Positions 1 through 12,269 of a DNA stretch of 64,000 bases are shown here, piece by piece (positions within the stretch are counted from its first letter, which is position 1; every line of letters starts with the position of its first letter). Origin of the DNA: Macrostomum lignano (Eukaryota). Under the pieces are notes generated by a model. The model saw only the letters and a list, made by a program, of their open reading frames with translations. It was not told the origin of the DNA and searched no databases. The stretch is from assembly GCA_002269645.1 (NCBI GenBank), contig NIVC01002138.1, positions 1 to 64,000 on the forward strand, in the 5' to 3' direction. The position numbers were made by a program, and so were the translations under genes.

Positions 1-345
1 TATTGCAGCTGTATGAGCACTATTGCAGCTTATGAACACTATTGCAGCTGTATGAGCACTATTGCAGCTGTATGAGCACTATTGCAGCTGTATGAGCACT
101 ATTGCAGCTGTATGAGCACTATTGCAGCTGTATGAGCACTATTGCAGCTGTATGACACTTTTGCAGCTGTATGAGCACTACTGCAGCTATATGACACTAT
201 TGCAGCTGTATGAGCACTATTGCAGCTGTATGAGCACTTATTGCAGCTGTATGAGCACTATTGCAGCTTTATGAGCACTTTTGCAGCTATATGAACACTA
301 TTGCAGCTGTATGAGCACTATTGCAGCTGTATGAGCACTACTGCA
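1..345. repeat. 20-bp minisatellite (tattgcagctgtatgagcac), truncated by window edge
   Basis: About 17 near-identical tandem units read directly. Confidence 0.95.
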
Positions 346-478
346 TGAGATTTACTGAAACTTCCGCAAGAGTTCCCACTTTAATATCCTAATGGATTAT
401 GGGATTTTGCCCTAAGCTACAGGTGACTCGCATGGTTACTCACGCAATGTAACGAGAGGACAACACAAATGAGTTTTA

Positions 479-790
479 TCTACCTAGTTGGAGTCTGATG
501 ATGCAGAAGCTGCTGATGCTGGGAGTCAGACTCCTACTGTGGCTTCCACTGCCGATCTCCGCCTCCTCCTCAGCTGCCAGGGCTCCATCGTCTGCGTCTT
601 CATCTTCCAGAGCCAGCATCCTGAAACTTGAGAGCAGCGGAGCGCCTGACTCAGGGGTCAGGGGGGCATGGGCATCGAGCACGCATTGATTCCGGCTGCA
701 CACCTGGGCCAGTGTCTGCCAACTCACCAACTGTAGCCTCGGACGACAATTTTCGGGGAAAAGTCATATTGATACAATTGTGCTCAAAAC
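479..790 (-). CDS. Probable exons of an unidentified gene running off the left edge (acidic, Ser-rich segment)
   Basis: Open segments HNCINMTFPRKLSSEATV-G and G-APLLSSFRMLALEDEDADDGALAAEEEAEIGSG join in phase 1 across a short gtgagt...cag intron. No family recognised. Confidence 0.3.
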
Positions 791-1002
791 AGAGATATCA
801 AGTTGCTACACTTTGCGTTTGACTTCGGCTTAAGATTGTTAAATAGACTGAAGCGAGTGGGTAGGGCTGTTTGATCCTCTCTCCCTCCTGTCCCTAGCGT
901 GTAGCCATGAACCTAGCATTTGTCTTAAAATGTACAACTTCACCTTATTTCACCTGGCATAGCATGTGCTAGGACACAGTTTCTGTTTATGTCAGATCAT
1001 AA

Positions 1003-2088
<1,086 letters not shown>

Positions 2089-2544
2089 AGCAGCTCACCC
2101 AGTGTCCGCAACAGAAGTGCAGAGGCCTACAGAGCCAGAGCAGTGCTGTGTTTCAGTGTCAGTGCCGCAGTCCGGACAATGGGCTCAGTGCCGTGGTCTC
2201 GCTGGCATGCTGAAACTTCATACAATTTTCTACCCGGCTCAGTGACTGCTAGGGAATAAAATCCCCCCTGCACCCGTCACTCAACCGCCCAGCAGCAGCC
2301 AATCAGCACTGAAGCCTGCTGCCCAGTCTCTCACTGCATCCCACCCTGTCTGTCGGATTGCCGCATGCGGTCTCCGTGCTGACCTCCCTATCGCGAAATC
2401 TATAATTACACAGAGCCCTCCTTCTCACTATCTTTCTCCAAAAGCCTCAAACCCTTTTTATTATCCACAATATTGCCGTCCTTAACAATGACACGATCTC
2501 CGCTTCAATCCGCGAATTCCGCTGACTCCACGAACTCAAACACA

Positions 2545-2770
2545 CGTTCACACAGGGTGCACAGCGGTCCTGACTTTCTAATCGTCAGGCATGTACATTC
2601 TCTGCGCCATTTGGGGTGGGTGTTGGCTCTCACAGGTGTAAATCGCACGACAGCCCCCTGGCCACAAGCCCCAAGTGAATGTGGAATCGAACCAGGGATC
2701 GTGACGCAAGAGCCAGACGCGTGGCAGAGCGTGCATGCAGCAGACCGAGAGCTTGAGAAGTCGGAGAGAT
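2545..2770 (-). mobile_element. tRNA-derived SINE-like element, copy 1
   Basis: Minus-strand B box GGTTCGATTCC (2683-2693). Shares acaag(c/t)cccaa(g/a)tgaatg and ttcacacagg...(c/t)tgact blocks with 37250-37450. Confidence 0.5.
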
Positions 2771-3419
2771 CACCAGGGGAGGGGGGTGCCGGTGGGATGT
2801 CTGTCTATCAGAGCCCGCCTGCTACATGCAATTGAAAATACTTGCAGTGCAGAGTGGCCGTCCGCACACTCATCCTCACTGATTAGGGTTTGTTGCTGCG
2901 GCTGATTACTGACTCGCCAACGATTACGTAATAACTTCTAGATACTCAGCAGCGACCAAGTGAAAATAGTGTGTATCTCACTCCCTACTCTCTCCATCCC
3001 TTACTATGCAGTTTAGACTTTCCCTTCCTTGACCCTAACTCCGGAAATTAGAGCTGCCATTGAGCTGTGTGAGGTCGGTGTGGCAGTCTGCCAGTATTAG
3101 TGAAATAATAAAATGACTGACTTGGCCAGCAATTATTTTTATATAGCGTCCTCACCTTTAATAAGCCATGGACGCTTACAGTTAGACATCTGGATAGAAA
3201 CCCCAGGCTAGGATTCCGCCCAAAGTCCTAGTTGTCCATGTTTAAATAGTTGATAATAAAATGGAGTTAGCTGGTTGATTGATTTTTGTAGGTGTTGTAA
3301 AACCCGCTCGCTTTAATTGCTTTTTGTTTATCTGGTGGAGAGAGTTTGACAGACAGGGTAGAACGCTATGCTTAACCATTTTCTCACTGTCTTTTATTCA
3401 TGTAGTGGTGGTGTCATCA

Positions 3420-4010
3420 GGGCGAGATTGATAAGGATGAGATTGATTATGGATAGAGATTGATAAGAGATAGTGATTGATAAGGGCGAGATTGATAAGG
3501 GCAAATTGATTATGGCAAGGTTGATAAGGGCGAGATTGATAAGGGCGAGATTGATAAGGGTAAATTGATTATGGCAATGTTGATAAGGGCGAGATTGATA
3601 AGGGCGAGATTGATAAGGGCAAATTGATTATGGCAAGGTTGATAAGGGCGAGGTTGATAAGGGCGAGATTGATAAGGGCAAATTGATTATGGCAAGGTTG
3701 ATAAGGGCGAGGTTAATAAGGGCGAGATTGATAAGGGCGAATTGATTATGGCGAGGTTGATAAGGGCGAGATTGATTATGGTGAGGTTGATGGTGAGATT
3801 GATAAGAGATTGAGATTGACAAGGGCGAGATTGATCATGGCGCGAATGATAAAGGTGAGATTGATAAGAGCGAGATTGATAAGGGCGAAATTGATTTTGG
3901 CGAGGTTGGTAAGGGCGAGATTAATGAGGGCAAGATTGATCATGGCGAGATTGATCATGGCGAGATTGGTAAGGGCGAGAATGATAATCGCGGGATCGAT
4001 CAGGACGAGA
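3420..4010. repeat. 15-bp minisatellite (gggcgagattgataa), degenerating toward both ends
   Basis: Read directly. Confidence 0.93.
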
Positions 4011-4280
4011 ACCCGACGGCGTTGACGGACAGGCTAGTTTGAGAAGAAAGGGATTTCAACAGTCTTAAAGCAGACTGCCATATCAAAGTCAAAAGATGTG
4101 CATGCGAGTTTGAAGGATTGCTTCATGCCATCACCAGGAGACAACCACGAACTGTTTATTTGTTTAAAAACTGCCGTCAGTACATGCAATTACGGGCCTT
4201 TTCTTATGTTCCTACGAGCTACTAGAAGTAGAACGTAACATAAATGAGCAGCTGAATTTCCGGCACCGACTGGCATCAGA

Positions 4281-6507
4281 TCAGTCACCCTTCTTCAAGG
4301 TCATCTCCATCTCGAAGCAGGACATCAGAGAGCCGCTTCGGCTGTTGCTCAGCTCCACACGGATCTTGTAGTCACCCTGCCAGTTGTGGGCAGGTTGTAC
4401 TTTTGGCTGCTTTGCTGGATTATTGAATTACATGAACTGCCTAGCTTCTAATACCTGCCTAATCTATCACCTATAGCATATCTACCTAATCCATCACCTA
4501 TAGCATATCTACCTAATCCATCACCTATAGCATATCTACCTAATCCATCACCTATAGCATATACCTAATCCATCACCTATAGCATATCTACCTAATCCAT
4601 CACCTATAGCATACCTGCCTAATCCATCACCTATAGCATACCTGCCTAATCCATCACCTATAGCATATACCTAATCCATCACCTATAGCATACCTACCTA
4701 ATCCATCACCTATAGCATCTGCCTAAGCGCCTAAACATACTAACCGCAGCCAACTCTGCTTAACTTGCTTCGCTAGCAAACGAACTAGCTAAAGCCAACA
4801 GCCTATGAACCCATTATCTGTCATCTTCCATAATTATCTGCACTTTCCGAGTCGCCGGTCTGTCATTACTTAGAGATATATTAAATTCCAATTTCGCTAC
4901 TTGCAGTAGGCTGCACAGCACATTCCATTTCTACTGTAGCTTTCATATCTCACGTTAGCGATAGCGGCCAGCAGGGAAGGAATGCCCGGCAGGTCCAGGG
5001 ACCTGTCAGCGATCTCCAGTTCGGCCGGCTGGTACGGGCAGGCCCGCATGCCCTCGGAGTCCACGCTGGCGATGAGCTGGCGAATTTCGGCCGCGATCCG
5101 GGCGGAGATGCCGACCCAGTCCTCGCGTTCCATGCGGTCCAGCAGGTTGCACAGATCCGGGTAGGAGCTGCGGGTTCGGCGGCTCTGCTTGGGAATTCTG
5201 CGCTTCACTCATCTGCAGCTCTAGTCACTCACCAGCTGCTCTAGTCACTCACCTGCAGCTCTAGTCACTCACCAGCTGCTCTAGTCACTCACCAGCTGCT
5301 CTAGTCACTCACCTGCAGCTCAAGTCACTCACCTGCAGCTCTAGTCACTCACCAGCTGCTCTAGTTACTCACCTGCAGCTCTAGTCACTCACCAGCTGCT
5401 CTAGTCACTCACTAGAAGCTCTAGTCACTCACCAGCTGCTCTAGTCACTCACCTGCAGCTCTAGTCACTCACCAGCTGCTCTAGTCACTCACCTGCAGCT
5501 CTTGTCACTCACCTGCAGCTCTAGTCACTCACCTGCAGCTCTAGTCACTCACCTGCAGCTCTAGTCACTCACCAGCATCTCTAGTCACTCACCAGCATCT
5601 CTAGTCACCCACCAGCATCTCTAGTCGCTCACCAGGATCCAATATTAAAGATGCAGGGAATTCGAACGTTGCCCAGCCACGTCTTGCGCACCAGTTCAAT
5701 TTTCATGTCGATATTATCAAAAGGACGCTGGATTTTACCAGCGAATCCCAGTGTGATGCGGCCAGGCAGGGTGATGACGCTCGGCTCCAGGCTGATGGCC
5801 TGCACGTTGATGTCATCGTTGCCACCTGTGACAGATTAATCATGATGAAAGCTGGAATCCATACTCAATTCAAACAAAAATAAACTGTGCTATTCCTATC
5901 GATTATACGTTGGTAAACAGCTGGCATGTTATATGCAAAAATGGAGAAAAAAGGGGAGTTACAAGCGAGAAGCTGCTAATGAATAGTAGAATTCTATATA
6001 GCTTAACCTGCAACACTGTACTTAAAACGGCCCTGCAGTCGGATATAGAATCTAGCGCATGACCGCGGGCCTGAGAAAGGAGAGAGGAGAGAGAAGATCG
6101 GAGAGGAGGGGAGGGAGGAGAGTGGAGGGGAGAGAAAGGAGAAAAAAAGTTGAGAAGAGTAACAATCATTTAGCAGTCCGCATCGCTATTGTGAAGTCAA
6201 GGGCCGGAAAGAGAGGCTTTGCAGGTCGCATGTGCTTATAATATTTTAGTTCAAGAATAAAATAGTCTATGGTTACAACTCCTATTCCGACCCCAATCTG
6301 ATTGTCGCACTGGTTGTGTGCAAATTCACGGCATAAATGTCTATGGTACAATGTACTGCAGTCAATAATTTTTATATGATGACCTTAAAGTTAGGACAAT
6401 AAATTTTCATAGAATAACTTACCGCACCTGGAGAACTTGAACGCGTTCGCACTACTTATAGTAAGTAGCAGGGCGGCGCACACGCAGACACTAGGAAAAG
6501 CAGGCAT
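4281..6507 (-). CDS. GM2A: GM2 ganglioside activator-like / ML (MD-2-related lipid recognition) domain protein, 195 aa, 4 exons
   Basis: Exons 6507-6423, 5825-5633, 5167-4954 and 4376-4281, all GT-AG with consistent phases (588 nt). Signal peptide MPAFPSVCVCAALLLTISSANA, then FKFSRC, ISLEPSVITLPG, RIPCIFNIGSCSYPDLC, CPY, GDYKIRVEL, SCF. These match GM2A motifs and Cys spacing. Confidence 0.88.
4442..4730. repeat. 27-bp minisatellite (cctaatccatcacctatagcatatcta) in GM2A-like intron 3
   Basis: Read directly; 25-bp variants are also present. Confidence 0.93.
5213..5632 (-). repeat. 20-bp minisatellite filling GM2A-like intron 2; unit gtgagtgactagagctgcag or gtgagtgactagagcagctg
   Basis: About 21 units, the first starting exactly at the exon 2 donor GT. 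Confidence 0.95.
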
Positions 6508-7455
6508 AATTCTTCAAATTTGATTTAATGGAATAACAACTGCCAGGGCAGCTCCTTACGATCTGCGACGCGTGATTGTCTTTAAATAAACTGCACCGAT
6601 GCGTCTGTCGGTTTCCCAGTACATGTTAAGAACTGAATATTGTCAGTAACAATATAAACAGTATTATATAGTAGAGAGCTCAGCATTCTTTATATCTTAG
6701 ATCTCCGATTCTTAAGAATTTGCGTACGTGTGGGCATGCGGTTCAAATTTCGTGTTTGAACTCAAGTGTGTGTTTTTGGCCACTCACAGGTGCGTTATGG
6801 TTGTGACTCCACCGATCCACAGATATTTGACGACTCGCTGGACCTTGAAGAAATAGGCAATGCTAGTACAATACAATACACTAGTTTTGCAAACTGAATG
6901 CATGCTTGATACAGCTCCAAGGATTTTCGAATAATGGCCGATTCCTAGACAGATACCCAGGTCAAGTTCTAGTTTGCTACAAAAGCTAAATCGTCTGAAT
7001 TCTACAAATAATAATTGTGTAATCATTACCGTGAACGACTAATATTTCTGGTGCTGAAATCACTTAATAACTTCAGTTTGCCCCTTGTTGCACAAGTACC
7101 AGCATGGGCACTATACTTCCAAAAGTAGTAGCTAAGCCATCTTCGTACATAGAACACTATACATTAGTTACGAGTGCAGGAAATTGATCGAAACGTCACT
7201 TCATGGTAACAGGGACTTCTGCGATTTACCATAGAGAGAAGGGACTCTGCTTTAGTAAGAAAAATGTGGGGGCTGGCTGATAGCTGAAAGAGCTTAGTGG
7301 TGAGAAAGTGCACAGTTTTCGGCTACTCAACACACTACGATTCTTTCTATGGTAAAATTTATATCGCAGAAGTCCCAGTCTCTGCTTAATGGCTGAACTG
7401 AACTGAACGTCCCGTTTTGGCCATAGACAATTCAATCAACGCAGCTAATAATATA

Positions 7456-8136
7456 CCTTTCAAGCTGGACTTTGGCAGCCCATAGAAAAAGCATACGCCT
7501 GCCAGCAACATGTCTATGGTCAACTGTGGTAGAATCGGTTAAAGCGTGCATTCAACTTTGGCAAAAGTGAGCGAATTTTGGCAACTCAACCGAACAAGAT
7601 GCCGAACGCGCGTATATCGCTGCAGGATCGAGAACGGCTGGTGTGCAGCTACCAGGAAGGAAGAGACTAGAGACGACTGGCGAAGGACCTGGACATAAAG
7701 AGAACCACGGCCGACACAATTATCCACAGGTTTGTCACCGAAGATCGCGTTGCGCTGAAGCAACGAGGAGGAGCCGTGAGGCCAAAATTTACACCACCAA
7801 TGTTAAATGCTGTGACTCGGTTTGTTGAAGAGAAGCCCGCCATAACATTGAGGGAGATGAAGGAGAAGATGGAAGCCGAACTTCCAGGCGCACCTGGCGT
7901 GTCGGTGCAGGCAATCAGTCAATCAGGCAATCAGACAGTATCGTGCTTTGTGCTTAAATCTTGTTTCCTAGTCAGTTTGTTACCGTTTTTCGTTCAGTTT
8001 ATTGTGTTGCCAAAATTCGCTCACTTTTGCCAAAGTTGAATGCACGCTTTAACCGATTCTACCACAGTTGACCATAGACATGTTGCTGGCAGGCGTATGC
8101 TTTTTCTATGGGCTGCCAAAGTCCAGCTTGAAAAGG
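7456..8136 (+). mobile_element. Internally deleted Tc1/mariner-superfamily DNA transposon (681 bp)
   Basis: TIRs of about 130 bp (7456-7585 and 8006-8136) flanked by TA on both sides. From ATG 7599 it encodes a double-HTH transposase N-terminus (MPNARISLQDRERLV...RTTADTIIHRF...KPAITLREM) with a TAG at 7668. No DDE domain. Confidence 0.88.
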
Positions 8137-8421
8137 TACATGTCCATTAAGCCATTAACTTCAATTCTCGCTTCATATTAACCTTGCATTATTCGAATAT
8201 TTAGTCTACTTACGAGTCATTAGCATTAGCTACTTCTAGATTTTTAAAATTAAATTATAGTCCAACTATAAAAGACGGAAAAACTTCGATTTTTAAATAA
8301 GTTTGATTTTTATTTGTTTTTTTGAAGATAATAAACCGGCACTACGAAAGCAATAACAAAAATTGTATGCATCAACCGAGCATTGCGAAGTGTCCATTTT
8401 CAACCAGTCAAGACATTCAAA

Positions 8422-10407
8422 CTACTTCTCAACAATCAGGGTGCTGTAGAAGGTGTCGTGGGTGATCCACTTTTCGAAGAAGTTAACGGTGACCCGGCAG
8501 CCGTAGACGCCAGCGTCGGATTCCTTGACGTCGTCGATGCCGACGGTGTAGTGGTTGGCGCTGCCGCGCATGATCTCGATGCGCTTGTCGTCGGTGCGAG
8601 CCAGGAAGTCGGCCAGGGTCTCAGCGTCGCGCATCGGCTCAACGAAGACGCCCAGGCCGGCCAGCTCGGCATTGACGCGGCAGCCGAAGCTCGCCTTCTG
8701 GCCAGCCTTGACGGTGATGATCTCTCGGTGGTCGGCCGGCTCCAGCAGCGGCAGCACCTGGACATCGATGGAGCGCCAGTCAGACTTCTCTTGGCCGCGG
8801 ATGCACTGGCAGAAGTAGGTGCCGCTGTGCTCCTCTGGCTTGGCGTCGCGCACCAGCATGGCGGAGAAGCGGGGCAGCACCGGGACCTCGACAACCGGCA
8901 TGTCGGTCTTGTTGTTCAGGTTCCACTCCACAGTCAGCTCCTCGTCCGGCCGGCGCTTGCCAGTGCACGGGCACTCTAGCAGGAAGTCGTCGCCGAAGCG
9001 GATGATGCGGTTGCTGAGCGGGTTCATGGACAGCACGGCCGGGTAGCCCTCGACCACGGAGACTGGCTTGGCCTCCAGGTCGCAGCCCTGTTCCTTGATG
9101 CAGGGCTCCACGGTCAGGGCGATGGTCTTCTCGCGAGTCACGTGACCCATGCGGCCGTTGTGCAGGCGGGCTCGGCAGAGAAACTCTTCGTTAACCTTGG
9201 GCCCGGCAGAGTCGATGATGAGGTCGAAGGTGGCCTTGCTCATCTGGATGGCGCCGTGCAGCATCTGGTTGAGCTGCTCCAGAGGGATGAGCCTCGGGCG
9301 GGGCGGGCCCGCTCTGGGCTTCTCAACGATGTAACACTCTGCGGCAGCGGCGTCCGGCTCGGTGGTGATGGCGTTGGACACGATGGCGCTCATGCCGGCC
9401 TTGACGGTGACCTCGTCCTCCTTCTTGGCGAACTCGCCCATCTTGGTGACGAAGAACTGGGCCTCTCGGCTGATGACGGAGCCGAACTCGTTCTTGGCCA
9501 GGCAGACGACGGCCTTGGTCAGGTCCATGAACTGCGGGTTGACGATCACCAGCTGGCTGCGCTCCTCGATGCTGTCCGGCGGGCATGGGTGGTGGGCCTT
9601 GCAGTCGCGCTGCAGGTTGAAGAACGAGGTGCTGGTGGTGGAGTGATCCTTCAGCGGCTCGTGCGGGTTGGTGGTGATCTTGGCGTCGATCAGCTCAGTG
9701 ATCAGAGACTCGTTAGCGACCTTCTTGACCAGACGCCACTCCACGGTTGGCTTGGGCATGCCGTAGGCCAAGCAGTTGAAGGTGACGATGAAGGGCCGGG
9801 CCTCTTTGTCGGCTTTCTTGGTTGTCTCCTCGGTGGCCGGCTTGATCAGGGCCTCAGTGATGAACAGGTGCTCGGGCTCAATCTGGAACTGAGGCCGCTG
9901 GGCAGCCGGATGGGCCGGGGCCTCGCAGATGAAGTTGCGTGGGATGTTGGTCTTGTTGGCCTCCAGCTCGATCTTGCTGTGGTCCTTGTTCGGGTTGATC
10001 ACCATCCAGAACTGCGGCTTGGGGGCCTCGTCCGGCTTCTCCTCTTTCTCGGTGCGCTGGTGCTTGCCGTGGCCCCTGGCCCTCGGCAGCGACCGGTGCA
10101 TGAAGGTCGGGTCGAAGAACCACAGCGAGGTAGAGTCAGTATCGTGCTGGTTGCTCTTCACGATCAGATCGTTGATGAAGTACACCTTGTCCATTCGGTG
10201 GGCGAAGCTCAGCAGTCTGGCCTTGTCGGCCTGGCAGGCCTTGTAAGAGTCGTCGAAGAGCATGGGCTCGGACATCAGCTTCAGGCAAGAGGCCTCGTAG
10301 TTGGTGTGGAACAGGGTCCAGCCATCCCGGCAGGTCATGACTAGCTGGCCGGAGTCGGCGCAAACGGAGGCTGCAAAAGCAGCCAGCACTAGCAGGCAGA
10401 GTCGCAT
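8422..10407 (-). CDS. Secreted C-type lectin plus about 4 Ig-domain protein (contactin-like N-terminal half), single coding exon, 661 aa
   Basis: True ATG at 10407 (MRLCLLVLAAFAASVCA signal peptide). CTL motifs CRDGW, SCLK, ACQADKARLLS, NFICE. Ig motifs FNCLAYGMPKPTVEW, CLAKNEFG, HSGTYFC, DAGVYGC. No FN3, TM or GPI tail before the stop. Confidence 0.85.
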   Translation of the reverse strand: MRLCLLVLAAFAASVCADSGQLVMTCRDGWTLFHTNYEASCLKLMSEPMLFDDSYKACQADKARLLSFAHRMDKVYFINDLIVKSNQHDTDSTSLWFFDPTFMHRSLPRARGHGKHQRTEKEEKPDEAPKPQFWMVINPNKDHSKIELEANKTNIPRNFICEAPAHPAAQRPQFQIEPEHLFITEALIKPATEETTKKADKEARPFIVTFNCLAYGMPKPTVEWRLVKKVANESLITELIDAKITTNPHEPLKDHSTTSTSFFNLQRDCKAHHPCPPDSIEERSQLVIVNPQFMDLTKAVVCLAKNEFGSVISREAQFFVTKMGEFAKKEDEVTVKAGMSAIVSNAITTEPDAAAAECYIVEKPRAGPPRPRLIPLEQLNQMLHGAIQMSKATFDLIIDSAGPKVNEEFLCRARLHNGRMGHVTREKTIALTVEPCIKEQGCDLEAKPVSVVEGYPAVLSMNPLSNRIIRFGDDFLLECPCTGKRRPDEELTVEWNLNNKTDMPVVEVPVLPRFSAMLVRDAKPEEHSGTYFCQCIRGQEKSDWRSIDVQVLPLLEPADHREIITVKAGQKASFGCRVNAELAGLGVFVEPMRDAETLADFLARTDDKRIEIMRGSANHYTVGIDDVKESDAGVYGCRVTVNFFEKWITHDTFYSTLIVEK

Positions 10408-11199
10408 GGTTAATAACTGCTGCTTGGAATATCGATTAGAAATGCGAGACTGAACGGGTACGGTTGCAATTAACACAAGAAAATTATGTCTACGTGGAGA
10501 GTGGCTACAGGGCTCGTTATATATATAGTCAACCCCACCTTAGGTGTCATTAGAAGGGGGCCGCTGTAAATTCCCTTAAGCCAAAGGCCTCAACAATGAA
10601 GCCAACACACCCCTTGCGCCGCTCTCTAGCCCGCCCGCCGCCTGAGCGAGAGTGGAGAGTGGAGTGGGGTGGGTGGGCTGGCGAGGGGCGGGGGTAGAAA
10701 GTTACGGGGTAGAGAAACCCCAAACCTATTCCCCGCCAGAGTTGACCAGCCAATCAGACCCAACTACCGAGATTCAGTCGGTGTAAGTTAAGCCGGAATA
10801 CAAAAACTTGTAATTGGGCCTCGCCAATTCTTTCCAATTAGCTTAAACTCCCTTTCAGAGCTGAGTCACGCTAGTCATTTTGAAAATATTGTTTTGTGTT
10901 GTTTTTTAAACTATTTCTCATTTTCTCTATGTACTCTAGTGTAGATTAAAGTTACTCGCGTTCTGAAACATACATGTAGCCCGTATTGCGCAACAAAATA
11001 CCAGTCATCGCGGGGTTCCAAAGCCTTCAATGCCATTGAAACTTAACAACTTAACTATACATGCAAATAGTTGTTTTGATAGACAGACAAAGATAAACTC
11101 TTAGCTATATATAATTAGCAGTTAAACGTTTTGTTAGAGCTTAGAAATCTTTATATTGCAAAACTGAAAATAAATATGGACAACCAAAAAAGGTAAATA

Positions 11200-11787
11200 C
11201 CAACTGGGCTTCAGGTGTTTGATAATGGAATACCAGGGCTTCAGGTGTCTGATAATGGAACACCAGGGCTTCAGGTGTCTGATAATGGATTACCAGGGCT
11301 TCAGGTGTCTGATAATGGAATACCAGGGCTTCAGGTGTCTGATAATGAAAAACCAGGGCTTCAGGTGTCTGATAATGGAATACCAGGGCTTCAGGTGTCT
11401 GATAATGGAACACCAGGGCTTCAGGTGTCTGATAATGGATTACCAGGGCTTCAGGTGTCTGATAATGGAATACCAGGGCTTCAGGTGTCTGATAATGGAA
11501 CACCAGGGCTTCAGGTGTCTGATAATGGAATACCAGGGCTTCAGGTGTCTGATAATGAAAAACCAGGGCTTCAGGTGTCTGATAATGGATTACCAGGGCT
11601 TCAGGTGTCTGATAATGGATTACCAGGGCTTCAGGTGTCTGATAATGAAAAACCAGGGCTTCAGGTGTCTGATAATGGAATACCAGGGCTTCAGGTGTCT
11701 GATAATGAAAAACCAGGGCTTCAGGTGTCTGATAATGGATTACCAGGGCTTCAGGTGTCTGATAATGGAAAACCAGGGCTTCAGGTG
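11200..11787. repeat. 30-bp minisatellite (accagggcttcaggtgtctgataatggaat)
   Basis: About 19 units, with variation confined to a few bases of the unit. Confidence 0.95.
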
Positions 11788-12269
11788 ACGTGTGTGTGTG
11801 TGTTTACTAATATAGAATAACAGTTGCAGCCATCTCAGACCTCAGTGCATCGCATGCCCAAAAGTACAAATGCACTCACACAGTAGTGGAGCCATACGGT
11901 GCATATTGCATCGAATGAACCAATAAGCATAAGAAGCAGATGACAATTTCTCATACAGTGTACATGGCAATACATACATTTCTCATACAGTGTACATGTA
12001 CAAGGCTATTTATTTTAGAATTAAGCTCAGGTAACTGGTTTGGGTTTTGCTTACAGAGTTTTCATTGGAAGGCTTCGTTAAAATATTGTCTACAGCAGTT
12101 TACAGCAAGTTATGACTAAAATATTACTGAGCATTTTGTCCAGCGCCAGACTTACAGATTTGGGATAACCTGAACTTCGCGATTGGCAAATCGTCCGCGC
12201 TCAGGTGAAAATTAAAGCATGAAAAAGAGAGGAACGATTACTTCCAAAATGTAAGATTACCATGCATGA

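Noticed and set aside
7212-7376. Imperfect inverted repeat (7212-7240 vs 7341-7376), possible MITE
   Set aside because: Short, gapped, no clear TSD, single copy in the window.
9142-10344. 400-aa plus-strand ORF
   Set aside because: Antisense shadow of the GC-rich CTL-Ig gene. The same applies to shadow ORFs over WAC, LENG8 and noggin.
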